Shown here one piece after another: positions 48,142 through 58,289 of a stretch of 63,429 bases of DNA. The notes under the pieces are model-generated. The model made no database searches and was not told the origin of the DNA. It was given only the letters and a program-made list of their open reading frames with translations. Origin of the DNA: Pseudomonadota bacterium (GTDB lineage: Bacteria; Desulfobacterota; Desulfobacteria; Desulfobacterales; JBDRRP01). The stretch lies in NCBI GenBank assembly GCA_043825735.1, contig JBDRRP010000053.1, positions 1-63,429 of the forward strand, read 5' to 3'. Position numbers and translations under genes: made by a program. The first letter of the stretch is position 1, and every line of letters begins with the position of its first letter.

Positions 48142-48340
48142 ACCGATGGGAAAGGTGAAGGTAATTTCCGACTTCCTTCCATCGCCGGAAGAACTTGCCC
48201 TGAAAGATGAGACTGTCAAGGTCACGATTGCCCTCAGCAAGGCGAGTGTTGATTTTTTTAAAAATGAAGCAAAAAAATATAATACGCAGTATCAAAAAAT
48301 GATCCGCAGGTTGCTGGACGAATATGCCGCCCATCAATAG
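48113..48340 (+). CDS. CopG/BrnA-like ribbon-helix-helix antitoxin
   Basis: DFLPSPEEL, KVTIALS..SVDFFK..A and YQKMIR motifs; overlaps the toxin 3' end. Confidence 0.82.
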   Translation: MKGKIKYKDEPMGKVKVISDFLPSPEELALKDETVKVTIALSKASVDFFKNEAKKYNTQYQKMIRRLLDEYAAHQ

Positions 48341-48406
48341 GCAGGCCAGGGCAGCGTCCCCTGAATCCTCTCCCGCCCCACAGCAAAACGTTAACCGCGA
48401 AAAATT

Positions 48407-48679
48407 ATGTTTTTAAAGAAGTCATATAAATCGCTGGACGCGTTTTACAACGCCGTTGCGCAACTGGTCGCATTGTGCCGGATACATGGGTTTGAAACAG
48501 AGGCCAAAGCGGTTGACGGGATTCTTCACGGTGCCTGGACCACCAGCTCGGAACTGATTGGGGAATTGATGCTTTGTTTTGAAACAATCGATGGGAACCT
48601 GCCAAAGGATCTTAAAAAGCTGAAAGATGACTGCCGCTATTTTGCCAGGCATCACCGAAAGATACTGGGCTTGCGGTAG
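48407..48679 (+). CDS. Hypothetical protein, 90 aa
   Basis: AT-rich ORF following the TA pair; appears helical, with WTTSSELIGEL. Confidence 0.55.
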   Translation: MFLKKSYKSLDAFYNAVAQLVALCRIHGFETEAKAVDGILHGAWTTSSELIGELMLCFETIDGNLPKDLKKLKDDCRYFARHHRKILGLR

Positions 48680-48736
48680 CCGTGGTAGACACGTAGGCAG
48701 AGTAGCCACGATAGTTCCGATAGTCTCCCCTATGGC

Positions 48737-49228
48737 TCAACCGCGCACGGCAATCACGTGGAAATCGGCCCGGGGTTTGAATCCGACGCCGAGGGCGCCG
48801 TCCAGCGTATACAGCACCCATGCATAGCGGGGTTCATAAACACTGGTCGTGGATGACCAGTAACCGGATGGGGCGGTATTGAATGGGGCGCCGGAAGCAA
48901 GCGCGGGGCTGTGGCGGGCGTCATCGACGAGACTGTCGAGCTCCCGGATGTTGGGCAGTCGCCAGTCATGGTAGGCAACGCTTTTGCTTTCATTGAGCCG
49001 GCGGATTGAATCGATCGCGGTTTCCCAGGTCGTCTCCTGGTCGGTCAATTGATCGCCGGCGTACCAGTGCCTTTGGGTAGTTTTATCGTAAAACATCTTG
49101 CTGCCGACAGCGAACCGATTGCTCACGCTCATCGGATCTGCCGGTTGGCCTGAAACGGGCCATACCATGTAGGCGGCGTGCTTCATGCCCCGGTAGACTT
49201 TACCGCCGCCCAGGTGGCGTCGTAGCAA
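48737..49228 (-). pseudogene. 5'-truncated tandem DUF1566 (Lcl-like) protein
   Basis: One complete domain (DWRLPNIRELDSL, YWSSTT, YAW, AVR) preceded by only the tail of another (HLGGG...YMVWPV); no RBS or good start. Confidence 0.65.
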
Positions 49229-49279
49229 TCGACTTGATCCGTTTCAATCAGCACGGTGCTTTTCATCGGGTCCCCGCGG

Positions 49280-50128
49280 TCAGGCCGACAGCAGCGCCCT
49301 TAGCGGCGCCGGGTCATAGCGCCGATCCGTCAATGGCCCGTCTTTCAGCTTTTCGATCCGATCCGTGTAGGAGGGCGCCTGCCGGCGGTAGTAGATCCCC
49401 GTCGAAATCCGGTCGTCAGTCCGCAGGGCCAGCCCGAGCGCTGCCATCAGATCGGTTGTGTCGTAGCTTTCCGCGATGGGTTCGACGCGGTCCTTGTACC
49501 ATTTATGCGTGTTGAGCCGGTTGAAAGAGACGCAGGGCTGCAAAATGTCGATGAGGGCGAACCCCTTGTGGCCGATGCCGGCGGCGATCAGCTTCTGCAA
49601 CTGCTCGCCGTCGCCCGAAAACCCCCGGGCCACGAATCCGGCGCCCAGCGACAGGGCCACGGCCAGCGGGTTGAACGCACCGGAAAGAACGCCGCCGGGC
49701 TGCATTTTTGTTTGCATGCCGACCATGGATGTGGGCGATGCCTGGCCCTTGGTGAGACCGTAGACGCCGTTGTTGTGGGCCAGCACCGTAACATCGATGT
49801 TGCGGCGGATGGCATGCATGAAATGATTGCCGCCTTCTCCGTAGCAGTCGCCGTCGCCGGTACTGACGAGGATGGTCATCCGGTGGTTGGCGATCTTGGC
49901 GCCCGTGGCGATGGGCAGCGCCCGCCCGTGAAGGGAGTGAAAACAGTTGCACCTGAGAAAATGGGGCATTTTCGCGGCCTGCCCGATGCCCGAAACCACC
50001 AGAATCTTTTCCGGCGCCAGGGCAAGGCCGGCAAGGGCCCCCTTCAGGGCATCCAGTATCCCGAAATTGCCGCATCCCGGGCACCAGTGATTCGGAAAGT
50101 CAGAATGATATGCATCGGCTGGTATCAT
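49280..50128 (-). CDS. 2-oxoacid:ferredoxin oxidoreductase beta subunit (TPP-binding)
   Basis: WCPGCG, LHGR, GDGD, YGLTKGQ.SPT and QPCVSFN motifs. Confidence 0.93.
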   Translation of the reverse strand: MIPADAYHSDFPNHWCPGCGNFGILDALKGALAGLALAPEKILVVSGIGQAAKMPHFLRCNCFHSLHGRALPIATGAKIANHRMTILVSTGDGDCYGEGGNHFMHAIRRNIDVTVLAHNNGVYGLTKGQASPTSMVGMQTKMQPGGVLSGAFNPLAVALSLGAGFVARGFSGDGEQLQKLIAAGIGHKGFALIDILQPCVSFNRLNTHKWYKDRVEPIAESYDTTDLMAALGLALRTDDRISTGIYYRRQAPSYTDRIEKLKDGPLTDRRYDPAPLRALLSA

Positions 50129-50138
50129 TTTACATGCC

Positions 50139-51848
50139 TCACTGCAGTTGGGTTTTGACGGCGTTGGTAATGTCTTCGGCGGTGATGGGGCGGCCGTTGG
50201 TCTTGAGCACGCTGCCGGTGTAGCGGTGGCCGGTCTGCTGTCGGATGAGTTGCCCTAACTGCGCGGTCTGGTTTTGCTCCACCACGATGAACTTTCCCGC
50301 CTGCTCCAGAATGTCGGTCATTGCGGAATCCGGGAAAGGCCAGAGTTCGGCGACATGCACACCACCGCAGTCAATGCCGCCTGCCCGCAGCAGTGTCACG
50401 GCCTCCCGTATCGCGCCGCGCGTCGATCCCCAACTGACCAGCATCACATCGCTGCCGCCGTGGATGACCTCCGGCGGGCGGATCTTGCGTGCCATGGCTT
50501 CCAGTTTGGCGAAGCGTTTTGCCACCATGGCATCGCGGATGTCGGCCTCTTCGGTGATGTGCCCGCGCTCATCGTGCTCATCGCTGCAGACCGAGACCAG
50601 TGCCCGGCCCTGGCAGGGGAGGGCTCTTGGGGAAATACCGCTGTCGGTCAGGGCGAAGCGGCGGTAGTGCGCCGGGTCGTCGAGGTCGTCGTCGGTGGCG
50701 GTAAAGGCGGTGACCGCTTCGGGCGCCTCGAAGGCTTCTTCGGCGATAAAAAGGGAATCATTGAGGTACTGGTCCATCAGGATGATCGCCGGCACCTGAA
50801 ACCGGTCGGTCAATTCAAAAGCGCGTGCAACCGTTTCATAGGCCTCATACGGGGTGCCCGGGGCGAACACGAAGCGGGGGAATTCATCCTGAGAGGCGTG
50901 GATGACAAACTGCAGATCGGCCTGAGCCGTCCGGGTGGGCAGGCCCGTGGCCGGACCGGGGCGCTGCGCGTTGATGATGACGACGGGGGTTTCCGTGATG
51001 GCGGCCAGGCCCAACCCTTCGGTCATCAGGCAAAAGCCGCCGCCGGAGGTGGCCGTCATGGCCCGCACCCCGGCAAAGGCGGCGCCGATGACCATGTTCA
51101 CCGCGGCGATCTCGTCTTCGGCCTGCTCGACCACCAGCGGCATCGTGGGCGCCAGTTCCACCAGCGCCTGGATGATGCCGGTGGCCGGACTCATGGGATA
51201 AAAGGCACTGAAGCGGCAGTCTCCTGCCAGCGCGCCGAGGGCCGCCGCCCGGGCGCCGTCAATGAGACGCCCCTTGGGCGCGCGCGTTTCCCATTGCCAA
51301 GCCCATTTGAAGGTCTTGTCCGACACGGCGTCGTAGCCGCATCGGGCGGCCAGGACATTCTGCGCAAGCCGGTCTTCGCCCAGAGCGCCGAATGTCGATT
51401 CGAGCTCTTCTTCAAATAGGGCCAGCGGTGCGCCGAGCAGCGCCAAACACGCCCCGGCCGCCACGGTATTGGCCATAATCCGACCACCGGCCGATTTGGC
51501 CAGAGCTTCGAAGTCCACCCAATGGCGCTCATGGTGCGCCGTCGCTTTACCGGCGACGTCTCCGGGTATCAGGGCCAAGCCGCCGTTGGCGAGATCGGCC
51601 CGGTGGCGGCCGTAGGTCTTTTCGTCGAGTGCCACCATCAGGTGGTGCGTCGGGGAGGGGGCGAGCACCGGGCGGTCGCTGATTCGCAGCTGGATAAAGC
51701 TGTGGCCGCCGCGGATCCGCGATTCGAAGTCGTTGACCATCATTATGTACAGCCCTGCCCTGTGGCAGGTGCGGGCCATGAGCAGACCGACCGTCTGAAT
51801 CCCCTGTCCGGCCTCCCCGCCAACCAGTACACCGATATCCGGAGTCAT
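50139..51848 (-). CDS. 2-oxoacid:acceptor oxidoreductase alpha subunit (gamma-alpha fusion)
   Basis: GGEAGQG, SRIRGGH, YPMSP, QAEDEIAA, TATSGGG and QRPGPATGLPT motifs. Confidence 0.93.
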   Translation of the reverse strand: MTPDIGVLVGGEAGQGIQTVGLLMARTCHRAGLYIMMVNDFESRIRGGHSFIQLRISDRPVLAPSPTHHLMVALDEKTYGRHRADLANGGLALIPGDVAGKATAHHERHWVDFEALAKSAGGRIMANTVAAGACLALLGAPLALFEEELESTFGALGEDRLAQNVLAARCGYDAVSDKTFKWAWQWETRAPKGRLIDGARAAALGALAGDCRFSAFYPMSPATGIIQALVELAPTMPLVVEQAEDEIAAVNMVIGAAFAGVRAMTATSGGGFCLMTEGLGLAAITETPVVIINAQRPGPATGLPTRTAQADLQFVIHASQDEFPRFVFAPGTPYEAYETVARAFELTDRFQVPAIILMDQYLNDSLFIAEEAFEAPEAVTAFTATDDDLDDPAHYRRFALTDSGISPRALPCQGRALVSVCSDEHDERGHITEEADIRDAMVAKRFAKLEAMARKIRPPEVIHGGSDVMLVSWGSTRGAIREAVTLLRAGGIDCGGVHVAELWPFPDSAMTDILEQAGKFIVVEQNQTAQLGQLIRQQTGHRYTGSVLKTNGRPITAEDITNAVKTQLQ

Positions 51849-52256
51849 GCGAATTCCTCCTTCGGCCATTTTATCGTGCGTTTAAGAGAACCTGTCCGAC
51901 CGATAGAAACACCCTGGCATCCGTATGGCCATTCCTTCTCATGATGATGGATTTTTGTTCCTGCTGTCAATGTTTCCTTAACCACGTAGCCAGAAAGCAG
52001 CATTAAAAATACAGTGTTTCCCCCATTTCCACCGGTGTCCGTCTTGGTTAATTTGTTTGTGTAAAAATATCCAAACATCGGGAAGGGGAAAAAATAGTGC
52101 GCGTTTTGAAAAAAATCTTCGACACGTTGGAATATGAGCACTTTGTTTTAGTGGTGGGCATTCTTTTGAGTTCGGCGATCATCATCACCGCCAATTAGTG
52201 CCCGTCCACTTTCGCAATGCACTGATCCATTGACCGTGGAAAGGAGGTGATGAGAC

Positions 52257-52430
52257 ATGAAGTTTGGCGATTTCTTTTTGCCGAAAATCAATCGCTCGGA
52301 TCCCAAGGCCCGGATGGAGGCGGTGTTGACGGAAAACCACGTTCCGTTGCTGCAGCAGGTTGCCGAAAAGGATCAATCTCCGGAGGTGCGCGCTGCCGCG
52401 CGCAAGCGTCTGGAGGAAATCACCCAGTAA
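52257..52430 (+). CDS. Small 57-aa hypothetical protein, HEAT-like helical hairpin (absent from the ORF track)
   Basis: AAGGAGGTGA SD at 52241-52250; translates as MKFGDFFLPKINRSDPKARMEAVLTENHVPLLQQVAEKDQSPEVRAAARKRLEEITQ*. Confidence 0.75.
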   Translation: MKFGDFFLPKINRSDPKARMEAVLTENHVPLLQQVAEKDQSPEVRAAARKRLEEITQ

Positions 52431-52836
52431 GCGGCTTGAGACGTGCTGCTTCAGTGGTTCACCCGGCGGCGCCCGGGGTCTATGTGGTGCCGCCGGCCGA
52501 TAGTGGCGCTTTGCGGATTGCCTTTCCCTGAGGCGAGTCCATAGGGATAGTGTTGTCTTCCATAAGCCGTTACGGTGTTTTGCACCGCCGTGTCAACCCA
52601 CCCCCGGCACGGTAACACGTTGACGAGCCGTACCCTTTCCGACCTTCAAATCCGTTTCCCCGCGGCGCGGTCCTGCGGCAGGAGCATTCGTCCGGCGTTT
52701 GTTGAAAAACTGGGCAAAGAGGCGTATTACTGTCATATCCCAGCGTATGAACCGATGATGAACCGCTATGTGAAAACCCGCCGTCTGTCCGCGTTTGGGA
52801 CTTTTTGCGGATTCATCAACTGCGAGTGGCATCGAT

Positions 52837-54171
52837 ATGGCTATACCGTCGACGGACTTAACGTCAGAGACATGCATTCGGCAATTGTCTGAAGAAAAAG
52901 TGCGCCTCCGGGAACGGATCATCGCGTTGGAGCGGCAGTCGGCAAACGATTTAACGGCGTTGAGCAGCCTGTTGGCGGCCGAAAGGGCAACGCTGAGGGC
53001 GGTCATTGAAAACGCGCCCGAGGCCATCGTCGTCACCGATCTCAGGGGCGCAATCATTTTGACCAATTCAGCCGCACGGAAGCTGTATCCGGGATCGGGA
53101 CCCTTCGAAAAACAGGATTTAAATCTAAGCCATTTGGGGCTGTGCCACCCGGATGGCACGCCTATCGAACCGGATGACCTGCCCATGAACGCTACCGCCG
53201 TTGATGGAGAGCCCGTGCTCAAGCGGGAAATGGCGATCGCGCTTCCCGGTGGCGCGCTGTGCCACATCCTGGTCAACACCGCACCCATCATGAGCGCCTC
53301 CCGAAGCGTCGCCGGCGTGGTCACCATCTTTCAGGATATCTCGGCGCGGCGCAACGCTCAGATCGATCTGGAAATGCGGCGCACGGCGCTGGAAGCGCAG
53401 GTTGAGTCGCGCAATGATGCGCTGTCCGCTACGATCTCGGCGCTGAGAATGGAGATACAGGAGCGTGAGCGCATCGAAGAGCAGCTGCGCCAATCCGAAG
53501 CGGAGCTGCGGCGTATCACGCAGCGCACCATGGAAGCGCTGGAGGCGGACCGGCAGGTGATTGCCAAAGAACTGCACGACAGTATCGGTGCGAGTCTGGC
53601 AGCCATCAAGTTTTCCCTTGAAGAGCGTATTGCCCGCGGGCGCAATGGCCGCAACGACCTTGAGCCGGTGGTGCGTTACCTCATCGATGCCATCAAGGAG
53701 ACAAAGCGTATCTCGGCCAATCTGAGACCGGCCATTCTGGATGATCTCGGCCTGTTGTCGACCATGAAGTGGTATTTTCGCGAGTTTGAAACACTGTATC
53801 GTCAGATATCGGTCCGGCAGGAGGTCCTCCTTGATGAAGACGATATCCCGGAGACTCTGAAAATCGTCATCTACCGCATTTTGCAGGAGGCGATGAGCAA
53901 TGCGGCAAAGCACGGCACCCCCGATGTCATCGGCGTCCGACTGGCAAAAGGCGAGGATAATATCATTCTCGATGTAGAAGACGACGGGCACGGTTTTGAC
54001 ACCGCCGATGCGCGGATCATCGAGGACCCCATGCGGGGGCACGGGCTGAGAGGGATGAGGGAGCGGGCGGAGATTTGTGGGGGAACGTTCGATCTGGCCG
54101 CCATACCCGGCGTGGGCACCCGGATTCACGTTACGCTGCCGAGGCGCAAATTCATCGTAGACCATTCATGA
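52837..54171 (+). CDS. PAS sensor histidine kinase, HisKA_3 (NarX/UhpB type)
   Basis: IAKELHDSIG, LRPAILDDLGL, QEAMSNAAKH, DDGHGF and G.GLRGMRER motifs. Confidence 0.92.
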   Translation: MAIPSTDLTSETCIRQLSEEKVRLRERIIALERQSANDLTALSSLLAAERATLRAVIENAPEAIVVTDLRGAIILTNSAARKLYPGSGPFEKQDLNLSHLGLCHPDGTPIEPDDLPMNATAVDGEPVLKREMAIALPGGALCHILVNTAPIMSASRSVAGVVTIFQDISARRNAQIDLEMRRTALEAQVESRNDALSATISALRMEIQERERIEEQLRQSEAELRRITQRTMEALEADRQVIAKELHDSIGASLAAIKFSLEERIARGRNGRNDLEPVVRYLIDAIKETKRISANLRPAILDDLGLLSTMKWYFREFETLYRQISVRQEVLLDEDDIPETLKIVIYRILQEAMSNAAKHGTPDVIGVRLAKGEDNIILDVEDDGHGFDTADARIIEDPMRGHGLRGMRERAEICGGTFDLAAIPGVGTRIHVTLPRRKFIVDHS

Positions 54172-54175
54172 ATGC

Positions 54176-54838
54176 TCAGGCTCTGGAGGTCAGAAGGCCC
54201 TTTTCGATGGCAACCGCCGTCAAGGCCGGCGCATTGTGCAAGTCCAGTTTTTTCATGAGATTGGCCCGGTGTTTTTCAACCGTTTTCGCGCTGATGCTCA
54301 GCAGATCGGCGATTTCTTTGTTCAGATAGCCTTCAGCGATGAGTTTGAGGACTTCTTTTTCCCTCTGGGTGAGGGTATCCCAGGCCGTCTGTTTCTTTAA
54401 TCGTTTTTTCCCCGCGATAAATCCTTCCATGACATTTTCGGCGATGCCCGGGCTGATATACGCTTTTCCTTCCAGAACGCTGCTGATCGCCGCCATCAAT
54501 TCCTCTCTGCTCGCATCCTTGATGCAGTAGCCATCCACGCCGGCCTCGAATGCCTCCAGAACATACTGATCGGCTTCATGAATGGTGAGTGCCAGGATGG
54601 CGACGTCGGGAAACGCCCGCTTGACATCCTTGATGACGCTGATGCCGCTGAGTCTGGGCATCGACAGATCCAGCAGCAGTAAATCCGGAGGGCGCTTTTG
54701 AACGCAACGGATGGCTTCGAGACCGTCCTCGGCTTCATCGATGAGGGTCAGGTCTTTCCGGTCCGAGAGCATTGCCTTGAGCCCCTCCCTGAAGAGCTGA
54801 TGGTCTTCGGCGATGATGACTGTTTTTTTAACGGGCAT
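54176..54838 (-). CDS. NarL/LuxR family response regulator
   Basis: IAEDH, LDLSMP, LTQREKEVL and TVEKHRANLMKKL motifs. Confidence 0.94.
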   Translation of the reverse strand: MPVKKTVIIAEDHQLFREGLKAMLSDRKDLTLIDEAEDGLEAIRCVQKRPPDLLLLDLSMPRLSGISVIKDVKRAFPDVAILALTIHEADQYVLEAFEAGVDGYCIKDASREELMAAISSVLEGKAYISPGIAENVMEGFIAGKKRLKKQTAWDTLTQREKEVLKLIAEGYLNKEIADLLSISAKTVEKHRANLMKKLDLHNAPALTAVAIEKGLLTSRA

Positions 54839-54976
54839 TTGTCGCCCCCCCATTGCGCGCGGAACGCTTGCGAAATTTCAAACCACCGGCGGCTTGACAA
54901 CGGTAGCCTATATGGGTTTTATCCACAGCGCCATCTTTCATTCATCGGCCGTTTGATCGCCAGGATGGCTGGAAAA

Positions 54977-57874
54977 TCATCCTTTTGCATCATCGAGTAC
55001 TTTTCTGACCAATGCTGCCAAGTCAGACTTGATCACCGGTTTCATCAGCACCCCTTTGATGCCGGCCGCTTGGATCCTGTTCTTGTTAATTCTTTCGCTG
55101 AAACCGGTGCAGATAATGACCGGGATATCCGGGCGGATTTGAATCAGCGCTTTAGCGAGATCGTCACCGGTCATGCCCGGCATGGTCATGTCGGAGATAA
55201 CCAGATCATAGGCTCCCGAATTGGATCTGAAGGCTTCCAGCGCCTCGACGCTGCTGCTGCGTGAGGTCACCCGGTAACCCAGGCGTTCAAGCGCTTTCGT
55301 CTGGAGTTGGACAATCGCCTTCTCATCGTCGACAATAAGGATCCGTTCGGTGCCGGTGGGATTGATTTTCACCGGAGCCGCGGTTTCTGCTTCGGAGAAT
55401 TTTTCCAGCAGGGGCAGGTACACGTTAAGTACTGTCCCCTGGCCCATTTCACTGTAAGCCTTGATATCCCCCCTGAGCGCTTTCACGATGCCGTAGACTA
55501 CCGCCAGGCCAAGACCGGTGCCCTTATCTTTGGGTTTGGTCGTAAAATAGGGTTCAAAAATCTTGTCCATTACGGCGGGGTCGATACCGCACCCGGTGTC
55601 GGAAACGGCCAGCAGGGCATATTGACCCGGCTCGAGAAAGCTGCTGAGCCCCCCGTCACTTTCAAGGCGGGTTTCCTTCAGCGTGATGGAAATGGTCCCG
55701 CTGTTGGGTCCGATGGCATGGAAGGCGTTTGTCACCAGGTTCATGGCGATTTGATGCAGTTGTGTGGGGTCGGCCATCACCAGGCCGCAATCGTTCTGAA
55801 TATCTTGCCTGATTTCGATATTGGAGGGCAGGATCGATCGCGCTAGTTTGAGGACTTCCTTTACGATTTGCTGCAGCCGTACCGGTGTCAGCTGATGTTC
55901 AGATTGGCGGCTGAAAGCGAGGATCTGCTTGACGAGCTCGCTGCCCCTGATTGCCGCCTTGAGAATTTCTCCGGCGTTTTCATGCTCGGGGCTGCCTGGC
56001 GGCAGGTCTTCCGTCAGCATTTCAGAAAGACCCACGATCGGAAATAAAATGTTGTTGAAATCATGTGCGATCCCGCCGGCAAGATTGCCGATGGCCTCCA
56101 TTTTCTGGGCCTTTTGAAGACGCGCTTCCATTTCTTTTTGATCGGTGATGTCCTGGAACGTACCTCGCATTTTAATGCATTTGCCGCTTTTAAATTCCGG
56201 GCGGCCAATCGCGTGCCCCCAGAACTGGCGGCCCATGGCCGTGGTACAGCGCAACTCGAGATCGAACGGCTCGCCGTTCTTGATGGCCCGGCGGTAGGCC
56301 TCTTCGAATCTGGTGCGGTCTCCGGAGATAAAGTAATTCAGGATCGCTTCAGGCTCTGGAACCGGCCCTGATTCAACCTCCAAGATTTTATATGTCTCCT
56401 TTGTCCAGCTGACTTGACCAGTAGTCAGATCGTGCTCCCATCCGCCGACTTTGGCGATACTGCCCATCTCGTTGAGCAACTGCTCCCGATAGCGCAGCGT
56501 GTCTTCCGACCGTTTGTGCGCCGTTATGTCGAGTATCGCGCCGATGAGTCCGTTGATGGCGCCAAGACTGTCGGTGAATGCGGCGGTGTGAAGGATGACA
56601 ACGCGAAGTTCACCCTGTGCATTGGTGACCTGAAGCTCGTGGTGCTGATCACCCCCGGTCTTGATCAGTGCTTCATCCTTTTCGCGGCAGACCGCCGCGA
56701 CTTCGGCCGGGAACCGGTCGTATACCGATTTGCCGATCCGCAACTGTTTCGCTTCGCAGAAAAACCGCTCAAAAGCATTGTTGAATCCCAGGCACCGTCC
56801 GAACCTGTCCTGATAAAAGACGGGGATGGGCATCGCATTGAGCAGGGTGTCTAAAAATGCCTCGCTTTCCAATAGCGCCGCTTCGGCCTTTTCCCGCTCC
56901 CTGAGTTCTGTCTCCAGCGCTTGCGTTTTCTGCATCACCTTTCGCTTGAGCGAATTGTTCCAGTAATACACAACGATCACGGGTAAAATGGCGACAGCGA
57001 AAATCGAAAATGCGATGATCCAGAACTGTCTGTTTTCGAAAATGCTCTGTTGCTTGATATTTATCCACTTTTTGAAGATGTGCGACCGCTCCTGTTCGGA
57101 GATGAGCGCCAGCCCTTTTTTCAATATGTTGTTCAGAACCGGCCAGTCTTTCCTTGAAGCCATCGACAGTTTGAAAGACAGCGGGGTTTCCCCGGCAACA
57201 CGGATGTTGGTTATTTTGTTGTCTTCGATCTTGATCGAGGCGATGGTCAGCGCCGTTACCCAGGCATCTGCCTTGCCGGTAATCAGATCGCTTAACGCAG
57301 CATCGGGGTCGATGGCGGGCAGCATGTTCAAATCGGGGTGCTGTTGGCGCAGATAATCGTCAATGATCCAGCCCTTCGTGAAGGTGACGCGCCGGTCCTT
57401 CATGCGATCCAGGCTCATGGCCCCGGGCGTGTCATCTCTAACCAGAATGACCGTCGGAACGACGATGTAGGGTTCGGTGAAAAGCATCCAGGTTTCACGT
57501 TGCGCGTTTTTTGTGAACGCACACAGAACATCCACTTCTTTGTTTTTCGCTTTGCTGAGCGCCTCATCCCATGACTTGAGATGAACGATATCGAATCTGA
57601 AGTTGAGTCTCGACTCGATCAGTTGAACGTAGTCGGCAGCCAATCCCCGGAACACTCCGTTAGTATCGATAAATTCGATGGGCCTGGCATTTGGATCATG
57701 CGCCAGGCGGATTTTGCCGTCATGCGCAGACAGCCATGCCCTTTCCTCCTGCGTCAGCGGGTCAATAGTTGTTGCTTTCAGACACCCGGCCGAAACAACC
57801 GCCATAAACACCAAAATCGCCCATATCCAGGCATGGCGAATAATGTGTTTGGCGAAATCGGTGTGTGTGAGCAC
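54977..57874 (-). CDS. Hybrid sensor kinase with periplasmic solute-binding (BvgS/EvgS-like) domain, PAS domains and REC
   Basis: LTQEERAWL PBPb domain, TM, PAS, AGGIAHDFNN, GTGLGL and SDMTMP. Start uncertain: ORF open to 57961. Confidence 0.9.
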   Translation of the reverse strand: MLTHTDFAKHIIRHAWIWAILVFMAVVSAGCLKATTIDPLTQEERAWLSAHDGKIRLAHDPNARPIEFIDTNGVFRGLAADYVQLIESRLNFRFDIVHLKSWDEALSKAKNKEVDVLCAFTKNAQRETWMLFTEPYIVVPTVILVRDDTPGAMSLDRMKDRRVTFTKGWIIDDYLRQQHPDLNMLPAIDPDAALSDLITGKADAWVTALTIASIKIEDNKITNIRVAGETPLSFKLSMASRKDWPVLNNILKKGLALISEQERSHIFKKWINIKQQSIFENRQFWIIAFSIFAVAILPVIVVYYWNNSLKRKVMQKTQALETELREREKAEAALLESEAFLDTLLNAMPIPVFYQDRFGRCLGFNNAFERFFCEAKQLRIGKSVYDRFPAEVAAVCREKDEALIKTGGDQHHELQVTNAQGELRVVILHTAAFTDSLGAINGLIGAILDITAHKRSEDTLRYREQLLNEMGSIAKVGGWEHDLTTGQVSWTKETYKILEVESGPVPEPEAILNYFISGDRTRFEEAYRRAIKNGEPFDLELRCTTAMGRQFWGHAIGRPEFKSGKCIKMRGTFQDITDQKEMEARLQKAQKMEAIGNLAGGIAHDFNNILFPIVGLSEMLTEDLPPGSPEHENAGEILKAAIRGSELVKQILAFSRQSEHQLTPVRLQQIVKEVLKLARSILPSNIEIRQDIQNDCGLVMADPTQLHQIAMNLVTNAFHAIGPNSGTISITLKETRLESDGGLSSFLEPGQYALLAVSDTGCGIDPAVMDKIFEPYFTTKPKDKGTGLGLAVVYGIVKALRGDIKAYSEMGQGTVLNVYLPLLEKFSEAETAAPVKINPTGTERILIVDDEKAIVQLQTKALERLGYRVTSRSSSVEALEAFRSNSGAYDLVISDMTMPGMTGDDLAKALIQIRPDIPVIICTGFSERINKNRIQAAGIKGVLMKPVIKSDLAALVRKVLDDAKG

Positions 57875-58289
57875 GTTTATTGACCCTTGACCTTCGAATC
57901 TGCGGCAATCGGTTCCCATGACGATGAACCGTTTTGGATGGGGATGCTTTCGGCGACTCAATAGGCGCTCGGCAGGCGGCGCCTCGCGGCCCTATGCTAT
58001 CCATCGGCCAATTTGTTTGGCGCTTTAATTTTTCGGTGACCCGCGAGCGCCGGCGCCGGCCCGGTTCAGATCGGCGGTGATCAATTCAGCACGCGGTTTG
58101 ACAACCGCCGGGCCAATGCCGGAATCGTGAATGGCTGAGGCTTAATCGTTTCCATATGCCAATGGAAGTTCCGGATCAAGCCCGGTCGTCATTTCGCTGG
58201 GCGCATTCAGGATTTTATTGGTGGGCATTCTGCCGATCAGGTAAACGCCGCGTGAAGCCGGAATCTGGCGATGTCGGCAATAGAATGAT

